Source: Balanoglossus misakiensis
Lineage: Eukaryota > Animalia > Hemichordata
Reading direction: 5' to 3'
Assembly: GCA_040954595.2 (NCBI GenBank)
Contig: CM082588.2
Location: 7,142,202 to 7,206,201 of the forward strand
DNA: 64,000 nucleotides
In this document: piece by piece, positions 1 through 13,955 of the stretch
Numbering within the stretch: the stretch's first letter is position 1
How the letters are laid out: the number at the start of each line of letters is the position of its first letter
Position numbers and translations under genes: made by a program
Notes under the pieces: generated by a model
Database searches by the model: none
Told to the model about the DNA's origin: nothing
The model's input: the letters and a program-made list of their open reading frames with translations, nothing else

Positions 1-1242
1 CTGAACCCTTCAATAAATGTGCAGATATAAGAAAAACATTATAGCAAAAAAAACATTATATTTGTCTTCGTACTGATTTTGTGTGACTACATAGTGAACA
101 TTGCAAAGTCACAAAAAGGCACCAGTTTTTACTTCTTGCAAAAACAAATAACATTGACGTGAAAAGTTTGAAGTATTTTCACTAAGGACACTTGCTTCAC
201 ACACATGTGATTTCATAAAGTGACTGACTGACTATCTATGCCAGTCTACTCTTCTCAGATGATAAGACAAAAATAACAACAGCTCTCTCTCGATCTCAAG
301 CACTGTATCAAAACCTGAAACATTTCACATGTTGCACCCACACAAACTGCTACCATTTGTGAGTCTTACAAACTATCTCTGCCTATATTCATTACAGTTT
401 TTCATCATTTCCACAAATTTCACCTTTGACACATCAGTGAAAATGACCTCCAACAGTACTTCCCCAAACTGACTCTAACTGGGGTTTCTATCAAAGATAA
501 CAGGCATTGACTTTGTACACAGGGTTGATAAGAATTGCTATCAACGGAAGCTACCCCCTATGACTGATAATGCATGATACTATTAACCATATGTGACCTT
601 AAAAGTCAAAGGTTAACCTGGAGATAAGTTATTCAAATCAGACCAGACAGTACAGATGCAAGAGATGATACTTGTCACTGATAATGGACAGAACTTGGTG
701 ACTGTCAGTGTAATGGTGTGCCGTGCCCATAAACTTTATCTTACAGTATGACAGCATAGAATCATATTTGCAAATGCAAAACTCTGTTTCAAAAACTAAC
801 GAAATATTTGAGCAATGTTTGCAACCAGAATAAAAATATCAAAGGTACCAGCAACTCTTTTTTTGATTTACAACATTAATACTGATAATACACTTGACTT
901 TGAGTATTTGAAAACATAAAAAAAACACCTGTACATACTTTGGTATGAGAATTACGATAACTGCATGTCTATCAGAATTTTATGTAAAATCATCCCTTAT
1001 ATTAAGTATTGCATTTAGAGAATCAAATGCATTTATTTCTTTTTTACAACTACATTGTTTTTCAGGCAAGGTGTTACTTAGATATTGTAGTCATTTTAGT
1101 TTTAAATTTGATACTACCTGTTTTTACACTTTTGCAAAAATATGTTAAATTGCTGATTGAGTTAGACTGACATGGTCATCAACTTATGGTGTAGCTAGCC
1201 ACTATGAATGTACTATGTTGCCTCTTCTGAAACCATGACTGC

Positions 1243-1283
1243 GTTGTTATTGTTGTTGTTATTGTTGTTGTTATTGTTGTTGT
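1243..1283. repeat. (GTT/ATT)n microsatellite
   Basis: Read directly: gttgttattgttgttgttattgttgttgttattgttgttgt. Confidence 0.9.
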
Positions 1284-1727
1284 GGCAATAGAGGCAGTAA
1301 CACAGCTTACTGAAGGGGTATAACATACTGGGTTTATATCAAATGATAAAATGTTTTTGTTTTGTTTTGTTTATCAAATAAAACAAATATTTTTTTCACT
1401 GCAGGCAAATATCTGGTTTGGATCTCATTTTTAAACAAAAACAATGATAATTTTGATGGACAAAATCAATACCTTCTCGCTGAGTTGCTTAAAATAATGG
1501 TACAATAACGTAATTTCACTGATTCATGAAAGAAAACAAATCAATTTTGTTTATTATTTACAAGATTTACACGCAACAGCAGCATATGTGGCCAACTGTC
1601 GCTACTTTTCTACATCGCTGACACAAAATGGCGACAAGACAAACTGCCTTTTGACTTAAACTCTCCAGATGGCGCTGTGTACAGCCTGCTAAGATCAGAA
1701 CTTTCAAATTGTAAGTTAATTTTTACA

Positions 1728-1914
1728 TTAAAGGTATACATTCACCTCCAATTTACATATATATGGCTGAAATGGCGTATCTGAGCGTTCTAAAGAACAT
1801 ATGGTGGTGCTCTTTTTTTCGCATGCGCCACCCACTGAAAATCTGTGATTGGCTAGATCTCAATTTGCCATGGTAACGATAGCTAATTCTCCATGGGTCA
1901 CCGTATACCTTTAA
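1728..1914. mobile_element. Non-autonomous TIR element (MITE) with TTAA ends, Kolobok-like; family K1
   Basis: Ends are TTAA-AGGTATAC ... GTATACCT-TTAA. Related copies lie at ~32080-32243 (reverse) and 60149-60291, with fragments at ~3956-4030 and ~5545-5577. A TTAA target with purine-purine termini is the Kolobok pattern; the superfamily call is inference. Confidence 0.7.
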
Positions 1915-2591
1915 CCAGCAAAACTTAAGACTCCTTGGAAATGACTTACATATATAATGCCTAAAAACTGTGGTGATAAAAGCAGGAAAATACTATATTC
2001 CTAGTATTACACATTCACCAAATATAAATGAAGAATAAAGGTACATGATATGAGGTGGGTCAGTCGATAACTTTTGAAAATGAAAAATTGATATTAATCC
2101 CTCTCATCTCCATTTTTCTGACTGGACGTCTTATGTCTTATGAAAGAACACACTGTAAGTTTTCCAACAGGTTATTAACTACAGAAGTAATAAAATTAAA
2201 ATAAAAGTATATTCAGTCACACAGAACTGAGGCACATATTTTATTTCTTGCAAATCACTTATCAATTTGTGTGCACCTTACATTGTGTAAATGCCAAAAT
2301 GCTTGTGTTTTTAAACTCGAAAAAATGATTTCAGGAAAATTGGCAAGTTTCATGGCTTAGAAAACACCACTAAGAAAACCTGTTGAAACCTGTGTTGTTT
2401 TTTCAGGCAGAAATCTCGTATCAGCGTCTGATGGTAAAGTCCACCTCAGATGTATATGGAAATGATGAGGGATTTCTCAAATCGATATTCATGCAAAACA
2501 AAACTTGATAAAAGGACAGAAATGGGTAGGATATATTGATTTTGTGACTTCTGTATTATTTACAAAACATATTCAATGTTTGATGTTGAAA

Positions 2592-5500
2592 TCAGACCCT
2601 TCCCAGATGCTTGTTCCAGCCGTGAATGACTTCTTCGTCCGGATACATTGTGTCTTTAAACTCTTCTGTTTCATATGCTGCGTTCATGTAGTCCCACAGG
2701 CCGTCATACTGTTCAGGCAACTCAAAATTCTACGGAGGAAAAACAAGATGACCCGTGATCAGAAGTCAGACAATGCATCACTGATTTTGTTAAAGGGACA
2801 AAGTCTCTCTCTCACTGCCCTTTTTCCATTAATTATGTTTGATACAAGACATTGTATTGTGTCATTCTACATGTGGATATATAATGTTCGACCACACACA
2901 ACTTCCATCCCACTTGTAGACTAGAGAGTAAATTTGAAAATCGTCAATAATTCACGCAAATTTTTATAACAAGAGGACATATGAAATGGGAAAATATGTA
3001 ACCGAATAAATGTAAGCTTATGAATGAAATACAATCATTCATAAGTATGTCAGAAAGACTGTCAATTATTTTTTTTAAAAATAATTTTCACAAAATTCTG
3101 TTGTTCCAGTATAGAATTTGTGGGTGTACCCCCTGAGGTGTCTTCAAACATATCAATGTGTATATATCAATCAAATAGTCCACAGGACTTGGCATAGAAC
3201 AGGGCACCATGAAAGAATGAATACAGTGCAAATCACAGTTACCCTGCTGCTTTGCGTGGACTGATTGCCTGCGGACACACCACCAGTACATACAGTGTGA
3301 GGTTGAAGAACTTGTCCTTGGATTATGCAGATATTGCCCTAGTAAGTGGGGATTTACTGCACAACTACAGAAGTATGTATGTGATATGAAGTGATCTGGT
3401 ATGTGGAGTGTAGAAACCTTGGACAAGGAGACATGGAACATGCCAAGATTGTTCGAGTTTCTGATAACAGTACTTGAACCCACAGTAGAGTGTATGCGAC
3501 TCATTTGCATAATAGATATATGTGACTCATTTGCATAATAGATATATGCGACTCATTTAAATAATAGAAAGCCAACAAGTCTATCGTGCTGTACATTTAT
3601 ATCCCAAAGAAAACCAGTGTTGATGTGTATTGTACATGCAGTATACCTGTCAGCTAAAGTACCAGATTTCATAAATATTGACCAAGATTCAAAACGTTTC
3701 TCAGCAAACTAAAATAAGGTGTGCCAGGGAAACTGGTCTGAACCTGTAAATTTTTAGTGCATGTTTTATTACTGCATGGGTTATAAATTTTGTGATTAGA
3801 TTGTTGTTTACTGTCCACGTGGATGATTGATGATTCTGCTCTCTGATGTACCTCCTCACCTATTGCACACTTAACCCTTTTACCAACATGGTTCAGTCCA
3901 AATCTACTGTTTTCTATGGTGAAGTTGGGGGGGGGGGGGGGGGGGGGCAAAAGTGTTAAAGGAATACGGTCACCTATGGAATTTTAGCTATGGTTACCAT
4001 GGCAAATTGAGATCTAGCCAATCACACCCAATGTACTGTAAAACACTTTATTTTCGCGAGTTGAAATTTTCGCGTTCTCTTATTTCATTCACTGCATCGT
4101 TACCTTCACAAACAATTTACGCGACTTTTTATTTTCACGCTATTTTGGCACTCGCGTATTTCGCGAAAATTTATCGCTCGCGAGAATAAAGTACAGTATT
4201 TAACTCACCTTGAAGTGTTTGGCGGCCACTCGGATATGATGTAACTTGGGCAGCATGTTGCAATCCAGCTGAGTCATGGTGTCGCCGTCGAGGAATTTGC
4301 CGGGCGAGTCCTCGCTCTTCAAGAACGCGTCCAAGGCCGCCACCTCCTTCTGTAAACTGCTCCGGAGAATTTCATCTTTGCTGGGGTCGTCGTTCTTAAT
4401 GTACCTGAAATGAAATTACATTTTAATGTATGTACATTGAAACCTGTTATTATGGACACCGCTCTAATCAGGACACCTCTCTATTAAGGACAGATTTTCT
4501 GATACCAGAGGTGTCCTTAATAGAAGGTTTCACTGTATGTACTCTCCACTGAATTAAAAGTGCATTGGTCAGGAAAAATGCGTGCAGTGCTCAAAATAGT
4601 ATTTCAAAATTAAACACCCTGGTCATTATTTTGCAAAGAGAAAATGAGAGTGTCTTCAACTTCAAGATTGAATTACCATGCAAGAATGATTACCATGGTT
4701 ACCATCTATAACTTCCAGCTATTTTTTTTCAGTATTATTGTTTTGTGTATCAACTACATTTTCTTGCTCACCACCCAAGAGTGTCTGAACACGCCCACTT
4801 TTCTGCTTGTCAACAAGTGGTGTTTATGTATACAGATTATTGTTATTGTTGACACCTGCATTCCAGTCCAGACTTTTAAACAATTAAAAATGTCAATAAT
4901 GCACATATGCGGTGCTATGTTCAGAAGGTAAAATACCAGGCATTTCATCCAGTGCCTCAAGGGCCTGAACAAGAAACCATAATTGATACATAGAATAAAA
5001 CATATTTAAAATTAAACTAGCAAAAACCTAGAGATCATGGACTTATAAATTATCTAACACTGTCGTAATTTAACTTATGCCGAACTTGATTCTTGTTGCA
5101 ATGTAAAGCAAAACAGACAGGTAGGCACAGGTAAAATTCAAGGCCAAGGGTTTTTTGTTCAAGAATCACCTTGACATTTGTAAACACCAGAGGGGTCACA
5201 GCTGCATTGGATGACTTGTCAACAAATAAACATGAAGATATATGGACTTGACATTGAACCTGTGTGTACTCATACCAAGGCCAAGTTTGGGATCAATTTT
5301 TATTCTGATGGTGATGAATTTGTATCAACCATCCACCATTGCATAAAATGCGCTTATTACAGTATTGATAATTAACAACATAAAAATGCAACTGCATGTA
5401 GAACAATATTTCCAATGCTCGACTGAACCACAGATAGCCTTGGGGTCAATGATGTACACCAGCTGTGCTACCAAAACTCAGAACTGAAGACCACCAAATT

Positions 5501-8500
5501 GTCAACAAATTGCTAATCCTAAACCTTGCCACAATGATATAAGAGCTAATTTTCCATAGGTGACCGTATACCTTTAACACTTTTGCGCCCCCCCCCCCCC
5601 CCCCCCCCAACTTCACCATAGAAAACAGTAGATTTGGACTGAACCATGGTGGTGAAAGGGTTAAGTGTGTAATAGGTGAGAAATCGCCAAAATGAATAAT
5701 CGTTCTTTACCATTTATTCATTTCGGGCGAGTTTTCACTCTCCTGTCTATAAGAGGAATGGAAGTTGTGTGTGGTTGAACGTTCATTCACTATATATCCA
5801 CATGTAGAATAACAAACGTTGTCTCTCATCAAATAAAATTAATGGAAAAAAGGGCAGCGAGAGAGAGACTTTGTCCCTTTAAGTGAACTCTACCCACCTG
5901 GAAAATCTTTGGAAAACATCAATGCCGGCCATCATCGCTTTCTTGTTAGTCGATCGAAGACTGGGTTCGGGTATGGTCTGTTCTAAATAATCTGCCATTT
6001 CTGAGACGTCTGTGAGAACTCTCTCTCCATCTACTAATACTGGAATTTTACCTGGAAAGATAAACAAGGGTTGTAATTTCAGTCAAAGTCCTACTGTACA
6101 GACCTTTTTGCATATTGTATGCCTCATAATCTGTTCAACAGTGTTTTTGACTTTTTCTTATTCTTCATGTGCATTTATTATTGTTTTATCATTCTTGGCA
6201 TACATATAACTGGCAAAACTTTCATTGGTAATTGACTGGGCACATAAAATGAGAGACACTACACTCAAAGTCATATATAAAATAACAGTACTTTCCAGTA
6301 GATTTTGAGGTAAACAATGGCTGTTTATGAGCAGTAAAAGCTTGTCTGTCAATAGCTTTTCATTTAACAACACATCATTTGGTGATAGAGTGAGTTTTCC
6401 AACATTTTCCAGGATTAAATTTTATTTCCCAGCCTTTCAAGACCTTGTCTGTTCTAGGGTGTTGGCAAGAATAGTTGACCTAATTACAGACAAGCTAGTG
6501 AACAATTTACAGTGTGTCAACAATGCGGCACATGTTTCTGCTTGTTTTCATCTCGGGCGAGATAAAATGTGAGGGCAGATCTAGTCCAGCCACTATATTT
6601 CCAATCCACTCAAATCTCCTTGCCCCACATAGCTGTTGATTTAATCATGATTCGAAACACCTTTCTCCCTCGGAGGATTACACAGTGGTAAAAAGTCCAC
6701 CATCTGGTCGCTTAGTTTTAGTTGAACGTATGGAGCAAAGAGCGTATCTAATTTCCGAAGTGAATGCTGCAATGCACCAATTTGACTAAGGAGGTGAATA
6801 CAGCATTGGATGACATTTATGAAAATCAGTGAATGCGGTTGGAAATGCTGAAGAAATTTGCAACTATTGACTGCTGATCATGTACCAACAGGTGTCCGAG
6901 AACAATATGCAAATGTTCAGTTCCTATCAGGTATACCCATACACAAGTATTGACCGACTTCATTATGGCTGAATGCAATTAAATTTATACGACCTCACCC
7001 TACCCTGGTATAAATTAAATTCCACTATCATTGGTCCTTAACCCAACTCTGTATGTTAAAAACATTTCATATAGGTTTATAATACAACACTAAATAGTTT
7101 TAAATCTAGTATAACCAATGAAGATGAAAGTCAGTTGGTAACTCAGGGTAATAGACGGCTGCTATAGCCCTCATAGCCAGGCCATATGTGTTCTTAGTAT
7201 CATCATCCATGTATGAAGAGACAGCATTCTTATCTATACAATCACGACCACAGGTATTTTTAAACCTCTATCATGATTACAGGCTAACATAGGTGTCAAC
7301 TTTAACCCTTTCACCACCATGGTTCAGTCCAAACCCATCATTTTCTATGGTAAAGTTGGACCTCTAAAGAGGGAACTGGGGGTGAAAGGGTTAACCTCTG
7401 AAGATCTGATGAGCACCAATACTATCAGTGTCCTTACCGCCTGGTGATATGTCCATGAATCTTTTGGGTTTTTTGTTCATGTCCACCGTCGTGATATTGA
7501 AACTGACTTTCTTGAGACACAGAATCAGGAAGATTCTTTGGCAAAACACGCAGTCTCCCAACGCCTTGCCATCTCGACCAGCCTGTCGGGGGAAAGAAAT
7601 AAATTAAGTTTTCATTCAATAAATACTTGATTGAATGGCTATCAATTTCATCATCTTCCACTGAACTATTCCTATTCAAATCAACGCCAAGATTTTACAT
7701 ATGTCACAGAAATGCATGTAAGTATTTACAGTAAGTGATACTTTACCACAGAAGCAAACTCTAACGTATGATCACTCATTCAGACAATTACCTAAGAAAT
7801 AACTGATGTTAACTTAGAGAGCTTTGTCCTAATTTATATGGGTACAAGTCTTCTAGACTCGAATGCTTCACTAGGCAGGTCATACAGAACCAATATGCCA
7901 TTTGTACATACTACCATGTATGCAATATGTTTATGTGCATGTGTGTGTGTTATCTAGTTATTCTGAATGACTTACAGACTAACACTTGTCTTATTAAAAG
8001 CCCTCCCTGATGTAACATACAGGGCCGCTATTCCCGGACAATTACAGCTCGCTTCCAACTCTAGTGAGTGTGACGAGATCTATTTATAGTTTAAGTCAAT
8101 GCTTTCAATTCATGACGGTGCTGTAAGCACTTAATCGGACAATTCAAGCCAGCTTTCTTTTCTGTTCCTGACATCATTGAGAATTTCAAGAATCTCCGAC
8201 TGGTCCTCAGCTCTTTCACATCTTATACAATAGCGCCATTGCTGAGCTTTCGTGTTGTGACCGATAGTATTAGTTTTCAACCTGAATAGCACTTGTCCAT
8301 ACAACAATAACAACATTCAGTTGCTGTCTTTTGCTGGTCAGTCTTCTCAGCTGTACAACTTATAATTTCATGTATAAAACAAATTAGCCGCTCGTTAAGG
8401 AATTAAAGATGAAATGATCATTCAATATTCATGTCTTCGCAATAAACGTCGACAAAACTAGACGTAAAATCAACTACAACTTTACAGGTGCTTTTTAATA

Positions 8501-11500
8501 GTAACCAGGTGGACAGACCTAGTATTCAAATCAAGCGTTTCAAGCTGGATATCAAATATAAATCTAGACATGGCAAACTACAGCCCTCCAGGTACCTAAC
8601 TTGTTAACTGCACAAAACTACAGACAAGGACACAGACTATTAACGACACAAACCACACGTGCTGTTTTACACTGGCTTATAGTAACAAACAAATGGGGGA
8701 AACCCCATGAAAATTTGTTCTAGTAAATCCTACACATGATCAGTAAATCAATATCGAATTCATAGACCGCTTGACACATTCAGAAATGCAGATGCAATTA
8801 TGGACACTTTTATAACTGTTGGACTGTGTACACATTGAACAAAGGGTAGAATCAGTCACAGAATCAAACCAGACAGGGGAGAAATTGTCCCTACATTCCT
8901 GTCATGTTCTGCTAACCATACAAGTAGCCCTGTACTTGGTAGTAGCCTAGTACCCCCATATCACACACAACCAGATAACCTCTGGGCAGGTTATGGCTCC
9001 TGGTGATCTTTGACCTCCGATATACATGGGTGTGTGGATTTCATATGTAGACCCTGGAGTCTGGTGGTCAAGCTGGGATCAGACAATACATATTGCAATA
9101 TCCAAAGACTTTATAATAAAGTTTTATAAACATTGTTCCATCCATCGGATCCGAACTTACTTACAATTACATGTATTGAAATAGATTTCACATAATACAG
9201 AATAAGGAAACTATTAGATACAGTGACACATATCTGAGATAATATTTCATTTCTGGGCGCGACAGGTTGTAGACATGATTCAATGTTTCATTAGACATCG
9301 TAGACAAGAAGAGGTTTCACTGACCTCTGACCTTCCCCGTTTTCTTATACACGAATTATACAACAAGTGTCAATACAGCACCATGTTAGGCTAACACGTA
9401 CATATTGACACTTGTTGAACTTAACAATACAAATGGTCTCTTGAAACCAGCAGTGGTAGAGTAGGAAACAAGCAGAGATCTGAGGTGTGTGTAGGTATGG
9501 GTGTGGCACCGATATCGTACATGTACCTGTCCATAGTCCAGGTATATGAATTCAATAGTGCAATAACTTGTCAAACTAACTGCAGTTTCAAAGATATAGC
9601 ATCTCTCTCGATTTGAGTGGATTACTGCTTCGCTTAGGCCACAAAAATGTTAAACTCTTAATAAATTGTTGATTTCGTCTTCAAACCATGCAATTTAACC
9701 ACTGATATTAACACTGCTTTAGTGACAGTACAACTTACCAGTTCAACAATGACCGAATTGTTGGACCAAAAAATACTGAATTATTATAGTACACAATCAA
9801 TTTCATCACAGCTGTGGCTGTTTTCTACTTATGTCTCGAATAAATTAGAAATGACTATGCCCCAAACTGTGAGGTGACTTCTGGTGTACAACCCTTCACC
9901 CCATATCTCGGTACATCAGCGCAACTATGCTGTCGGATCAATAGGACTGTATGAAAGTGTGATGTAAAGGTTAAAGTTTAATCACAGATGCTGTACCATA
10001 CTGACTTTGGAATTCTGACCACTGAAGTTCCACTGAACCGGTGTCACAAACAGTGTGCTGTTCTAGACAGCACAAACATTTACAAGGTTAATCTTAAAAC
10101 AAAGTTCTGTGAGAACACAGGACAGCATACCATGGCGTAGCAATACTGAAGGAATCATGTCTAGTTTTAGTTTTCTACGATATGTACGCTTTATGTAATT
10201 CATGCTTTCATTAAGCTATCCTATTACAAGCTGGCTTCTTCATATTACAACTGATGTAATATTACAACAATGCCTTACATATCAATGTATTATGTTATAT
10301 TAATATTAGTTCCCATATAAACAGTTAACTGTATCCAGACATGGTTATTTGATCATAGGGTGGATCCTATATTTATACAACAAAACTTGCCTCCTATGCC
10401 AAATACAACCATATTATTACTTCCTATTGAGTGACCTATCTAGCTACCATGCATTCATGATGACCAGTGAATGACCTTATCAAAATCAATTTTATTTAGC
10501 AATTAACAAAATAACCGCTGATGTTCATTGTCATTCTAATGTGGATTTATTTCAAATTTCAGCATTATAAAGAAGTAGCCCTTAAAAACATACCAGCAAA
10601 TTTAGGTGGAAATAACATTTTTAAACACTTGTATGGCACCAGTGATTTTCTTTGTCTGAGGAAAAATGTCAAGTCACTATTTCTGGGACCAGTCGATAAA
10701 ATGTACAATGTATATTTTAATCCATTGGCGTATAGAGTAATAATTTCAAACATATAAGAAAAGTTTATTTCTTGAGATGACTGATTTGATCAAGTGTTTT
10801 ATTTGTTTTATTTATATCGTCAAAAGTCTTGTCATTTCACTTGATTGTAGGTGCCAACTCAAGACTGCTAGACTGATTAATATTTCACACTTCACATATT
10901 TTGCCGTCAAAACCCGAAGTAAATTTTGGTAGGAAAGGGGTTTGGCTAGTACGGTGTCGGAGACCCTCTACCTTGACCCCACCCAAAATGGCCCATGATA
11001 ATGGACTTCTGTTTTGTTAGATGTCAAAAGGCCCCTACTGCTTTCATGATGCAGTCACAATAAGGTGTTAATTAGATGTCTGCCACTTTCAACACTTTGT
11101 GTGAATGGTTATGTTTACCGTTAAACAAACTGTGACAATGCCATTTCATAACCTGCAATCAAATTTAAACACTTCCACTCCAAAATATAAGTTGCCATGT
11201 CTTACTGATATGAACACACGTCTCTACAAACAATCCACGTGCAACAGGACAATTTCGGACCATGTACATTTCCATTCGGATTCCGCACTGAATTTATGGC
11301 CGGTGTCATCAGGACGCCTTTATAATATATCTTGGTTTGCGATCTCTTAGTATTGTTTCCAGGGCAAAATATGATAGCATTTCAACTGGACTCCCATCCC
11401 CCAGGTACAAATGCGTATGGCGTTTAGCCGTATAGGAACGGCCATTTTGGAAAACAAACCCAGTCATGCAACGTACACTCACTTTGTCCTTATATAACAT

Positions 11501-11779
11501 TACATCATCGCATCCCCACAAAACTTGCAACTTGAAAAGGAAAGAATAAATGCCATTGACAGAAATGCCAAGGAATTATACGGGTGCCAGTGTCAAGTGG
11601 GAGACAACTTTGCATCGTGTCATGATAAACATCTCGATATCAGAATCACCACTTTTGGAGGGAACTTTCCCACTGCCCAGCATACCATAAATTCCTCAGA
11701 GAAAAAAAGTTGGCTTGGACAGTCTACTTACCCTGACGAAGAGCTCAATTGTGTCGTTTGAGTTATTCATGTCGCTCAT
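2592..11779 (-). CDS. DHAR/CLIC-like glutathione-dependent GST-fold protein A, 226 aa, 5 exons: 11779-11732, 7582-7438, 6051-5898, 4404-4209, 2729-2592
   Basis: The spliced frame is continuous (681 nt, all introns GT-AG): MSDMNNSNDTIELFVR|AGRDGKALGDCVFCQRIFLILCLKKVSFNITTVDMNKKPKRFMDISPG|GKIPVLVDGE...FQRFSR|YIKNDDP...FLDGDTMTQLDCNMLPKLHHIRVAAKHFK|NFELPEQY...EEVIHGWNKHLGRV*. It has the thioredoxin-like N-domain with catalytic Cys and a GST C-domain. Confidence 0.9.
2790..2950 (+). mobile_element. Dispersed repeat starting TTAA-AGGGACAAAGTCTC (MITE-like, family K2)
   Basis: Similar copies at ~5690-5882 (-), 37227-37431 (+), ~38770-38870 (-, partial) and ~50270-50443 (-). Confidence 0.75.
3493..3567. 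repeat. 26-nt tandem repeat x~3 (tatgcgactcatttgcataatagata)
   Basis: Three adjacent units are visible; the first two contain the octamer ATTTGCAT. Confidence 0.85.
3871..3960 (+). mobile_element. piggyBac-like MITE (family P1), degenerate copy with poly-G
   Basis: Starts TTAACCCTTT(T/C)ACC..ATGGTTCAGTCCAAA, as do the intact copies at 7302-7394 and 48267-48359. Confidence 0.7.
4034..4198. mobile_element. Palindromic TA-flanked MITE rich in TTTTCGCG (family T1)
   Basis: TACTGTAAAAC...ACAGTA; same family as the cleaner copy at 50876-51089. Confidence 0.65.
4433..4537. mobile_element. Tc1/pogo-type MITE (TA-CAGT..AACC TIR; family T2)
   Basis: TACATTGAAACCTG...AGGTTTCACTGTA; related copies at 54146-54291 and ~36435-36480. 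Confidence 0.65.
7302..7394 (+). mobile_element. Intact ~85-bp piggyBac-like MITE (family P1)
   Basis: TTAA-CCCTTTCACC ... GGTGAAAGGG-TTAA: a TTAA target duplication with CCCT termini. Further copies at 5574-5664 (-), ~21525-21600, ~45381-45433, 48267-48359, 48750-48841 (-) and 53887 (fragment). Confidence 0.8.
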
Positions 11780-13955
11780 TTTGCAATGTTATGTCTTCCG
11801 AAAGAAGATAAAGGTGCAAAATCAGTCGAACAATTTCGGGAATATATACAGTACTCCAGATATACCTCACCCAACGTATGAAGGTACTACGCATGCGCGG
11901 ATAAGTAAATTGCGCCGCCAACCGACCGCAGTGGTGATTACCCCAGTACATGGAGATATAGATGTGGAGAAAGTTATCATTTATGGCATTATAATATAAT
12001 ATTTACTTACCAATATCTTTCACACATCAAAGGAAGGTGCTTTCAATTAAGGCCTATTTCCCTCGTTTTGAAACCACCGCAACTCCAAGATGATTGACAT
12101 CTACATTATACTAGTAGCTTGAAGAATGTGTCATGTTCCATAGCAACATGATTGTGGATTTCCTTTACCATTGTTTCAATTTATTGGGAATTTACACGTA
12201 CTTTTGGAAGACATGTTTCTGAGACACATACAGTAGCAGAAGTTCATGTTACATGTATTTGATGCACACTTTGAAGAGGGCGCCATGAGTACGTGTTCCG
12301 GAGCATTCGAGTAATTTCACGTCCACCCGTCATCATTCGGATATACCTGTTATGTAGTACAGTACACGCACCATACCCAAAGAATGGTAGAGTGAAAAAT
12401 ATGATATCTAAACGTTAACGCACCACTACAAAATATTTGGGAGATAATATATTTCAGTGTACCCTTGTGGGCCTGAGAAATTAGTTTTCTGCATTAATTT
12501 GGATACACTGCTTCAGTTGTGAGCTTGCTTGATCAAAAGAACAATGCGCTTCATCTTTTAAATTAATATGGTAATTTTATTATGCACTAAAAATTTAACA
12601 ATGTTTCACAATTAACGTCTGTGTTCAATAAATGGAATAAAATGCACTCCCGCTTGTAGTGTATGGTCCGATGATCGACTTAGGAGCTCTACGCGTACAG
12701 CGACTGCTAAACTATCTTGCATGCGTGCATCTTGTAGGGACAAATGCCAATCAAGATATCTGTTGCAGGATATTTAAGATACACACCATGTACATACCCC
12801 GTAAAAAGTACTGGTGGTAACTGACATGCGCTCATCATGCACTGAGTTCGCCAAGAAGACAGCAGCATTTACATATTTTAACACTAGAGGGCGTACAACA
12901 ACTCGTACTTTATTCGCTCGTGTTTGATGGCGACAGATTTATAATCAATGGGCGAAATAATCATTGACAGTAAAGTTTATTATTTCGACATTTAATGTCT
13001 CTTTAACACAGCTATAGTCTATAATAAAGTTCGGTAAGATTCACTTCTGAAAATTACGTTTATTCTCAAATTTCTAACGTGGCACTTGTAGGAATACCAT
13101 TTCGACTGATTAATTAAAACATGTACGTATATTTTATTTCAGGTGACTAAGAAAGCCTGTTTTCTCTCTGTCTGGGATTGGACCGACCGACCTTCTTTTT
13201 ATCGTAGGCGAATTGATACACTTACTCATCTCAAGAGTTCGTATAAAACTTTGCAGACCGACAGTGCCCTCTATATATTAAAGTGTCTGGGTGAAAATAA
13301 TACGATTATCGCTGTGAACATGCGCAGTGCCGAACTCTCTAAATCTAATATAACAATATAGCACCATCTTTATCTAATGAAGGAAAATGTATGTTTCTTT
13401 CTAGTAATTTTGCCCTTCAATCATGCACAACAAATGTGGCAAAATAATAGTCGAAAGTAAAGCGTCAATTTGTCAATTTTCAGCTCTCCGTAGCATTTTG
13501 GAAATTTGCTTAGCTCTTGCCCAAAATATACATTTCCACCATAACTATCGAACACATGGGGTGAACAAGTTTGGGGGAATTCTATGCCGTAAATTTTTCC
13601 CGTTCTCTGGGCGCAGAACTGACTGCGGCGTATTGTAACATAAAACAAATAATACTATGCATTTATCTAATTAAACTAACTGCATATCAATTATATTCTA
13701 TGGATGCTATACACCGAAGTTGAAAAACATCGTACAGATTCCTAAGATCACAAACGGCAAGAATTTCTCATCGACATCATAAAGTCGACCACTGATATAT
13801 ACAATAAATTTGTCTGTTCTTGAATCAAATAATTGTTTTTTTCTCCATTCGTTCACAATCAATGTCCCAGCATTATCGACCACAAAATATCCTTTCCTTT
13901 ATCTGCCTTTTCATTTCTAGATTCAACCAGTATCACCTATCTCCTCTTCGTCAGT

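Noticed and set aside
3088-3510. 140-aa minus-strand ORF
   Set aside because: It is intronic to gene A, starts in a tandem repeat and has no recognisable homology.
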